Part shown: piece by piece, positions 63,441-64,000 of the stretch
Layout: the number at the start of each line of letters is the position of its first letter
Position numbering within the stretch: position 1 is the first letter of the stretch
IMG/VR virus record: IMGVR_UViG_3300037461_000655
Span: 3,053 to 67,052 of that record
DNA length: 64,000 nt
Strand: one strand, 5' to 3'
Source: a virus
Taxonomy: Duplodnaviria > Caudoviricetes
Notes under the pieces: model-generated
Told to the model about the DNA's origin: nothing
Seen by the model: the letters and a program-made list of their open reading frames with translations, nothing else
The model's database searches: none
Translations under genes and position numbers: made by a program

Positions 63441-64000
63441 TCATAGCATCTCGCGCCCTACAGGGCCTCCTTTTTGGAACCATGCGGTATCCGCGTGTAG
63501 CTCCTGTATCGCATCAGGAGTCACATCCCGCAGGAGTTCATCAGTGGAATAGCGCTTAGTATGCTCCCGGAGTCGCAAGATCTCCTTCTCTAGTTGATCC
63601 CTGCTAACGAGGAGTGCATCACGCTCTTCTCGCACCTGCCGAAGCTCCTCCGCGTTGCATGTGCAGTTCTCCACGCGGGCGCGGAGTTCTTGGACCTCAT
63701 TCAACAAATTCCGCAAAAATCCAGTTTCAATATAGAGTCCAGTCCTTTCTGTCCCATCGTTCATATCCACTATGAGACTGTGTTCGGCATTGGCATACCC
63801 ACGCACCTGTTCCATGAGAGCTGAATCTTGGACATTGATCCGAGAGAATTCATTTTTCAATCGCTCTAGCTGTCTTTCGGCATCTTCCAGTTGGCACCGC
63901 TGGCACGGCTCACCCAGTGGACAGTTGCGCCTGCCGCCCGCATCCCATAACTTGCCAACCATCTGGCAGTCATACTCGCGCGTTTCCCTGCCCTCCAACT
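63441..64000 (-). CDS. Coiled-coil hypothetical protein, probably 5'-truncated by the window edge
   Basis: The frame is open to the edge; the track's TTG at 63998 need not be the real start. Confidence 0.55.
   Translation of the reverse strand, partial: LEGRETREYDCQMVGKLWDAGGRRNCPLGEPCQRCQLEDAERQLERLKNEFSRINVQDSALMEQVRGYANAEHSLIVDMNDGTERTGLYIETGFLRNLLNEVQELRARVENCTCNAEELRQVREERDALLVSRDQLEKEILRLREHTKRYSTDELLRDVTPDAIQELHADTAWFQKGGPVGREML

Noticed and set aside
1-64000. tRNA, rRNA, integrase, repressor or IS elements
   Set aside because: None recognised by eye; lifestyle (lytic or temperate) cannot be determined from this window.

Overview
The window is almost entirely a tailed-phage genome segment: a contractile-tail (myovirus-type) phage with a DUF1073 portal, DUF2213 head protein, DUF2184 capsid and DUF3383 sheath. 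A spanin-like gene suggests a Gram-negative host. No integrase, repressor, tRNA or CRISPR array is recognisable. Two arms diverge from an AT-rich control region at about 26.9-27.35 kb. The leftward arm (minus strand, 26.9 kb to 1) carries replication genes (primase-helicase, family A polymerase, SNF2-like helicase, nucleases, SSB, DHFR). It also carries a nucleotide-metabolism block whose thymidylate-synthase homolog has Asp at the Asn177 specificity position. Beyond that lies an unusual, translationally coupled sugar-biosynthesis cluster: a split TPP enzyme, NeuB, a pyruvyltransferase-like protein, GT2, FkbM, a radical SAM enzyme and RfbH/E1, which runs off the left edge. The rightward arm (27.4-59.1 kb) is the packaging, head, tail and baseplate operon, with about 7 kb of fibre/adhesin-like and lysis genes inserted between spike and wedge. 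The right end (59-64 kb, minus strand) holds a GT2-GT2-TPR glycosyltransferase and small accessory genes separated by two structurally complete integron attC-type sites and three identical 17-bp junction elements. The strongest candidates for new biology are the integrase-less attC cassette array inverted relative to its genes, the possible cytosine-modification pathway, and the phage-encoded glycan pathway. All family assignments come from motif recognition by eye; no database searches were run.
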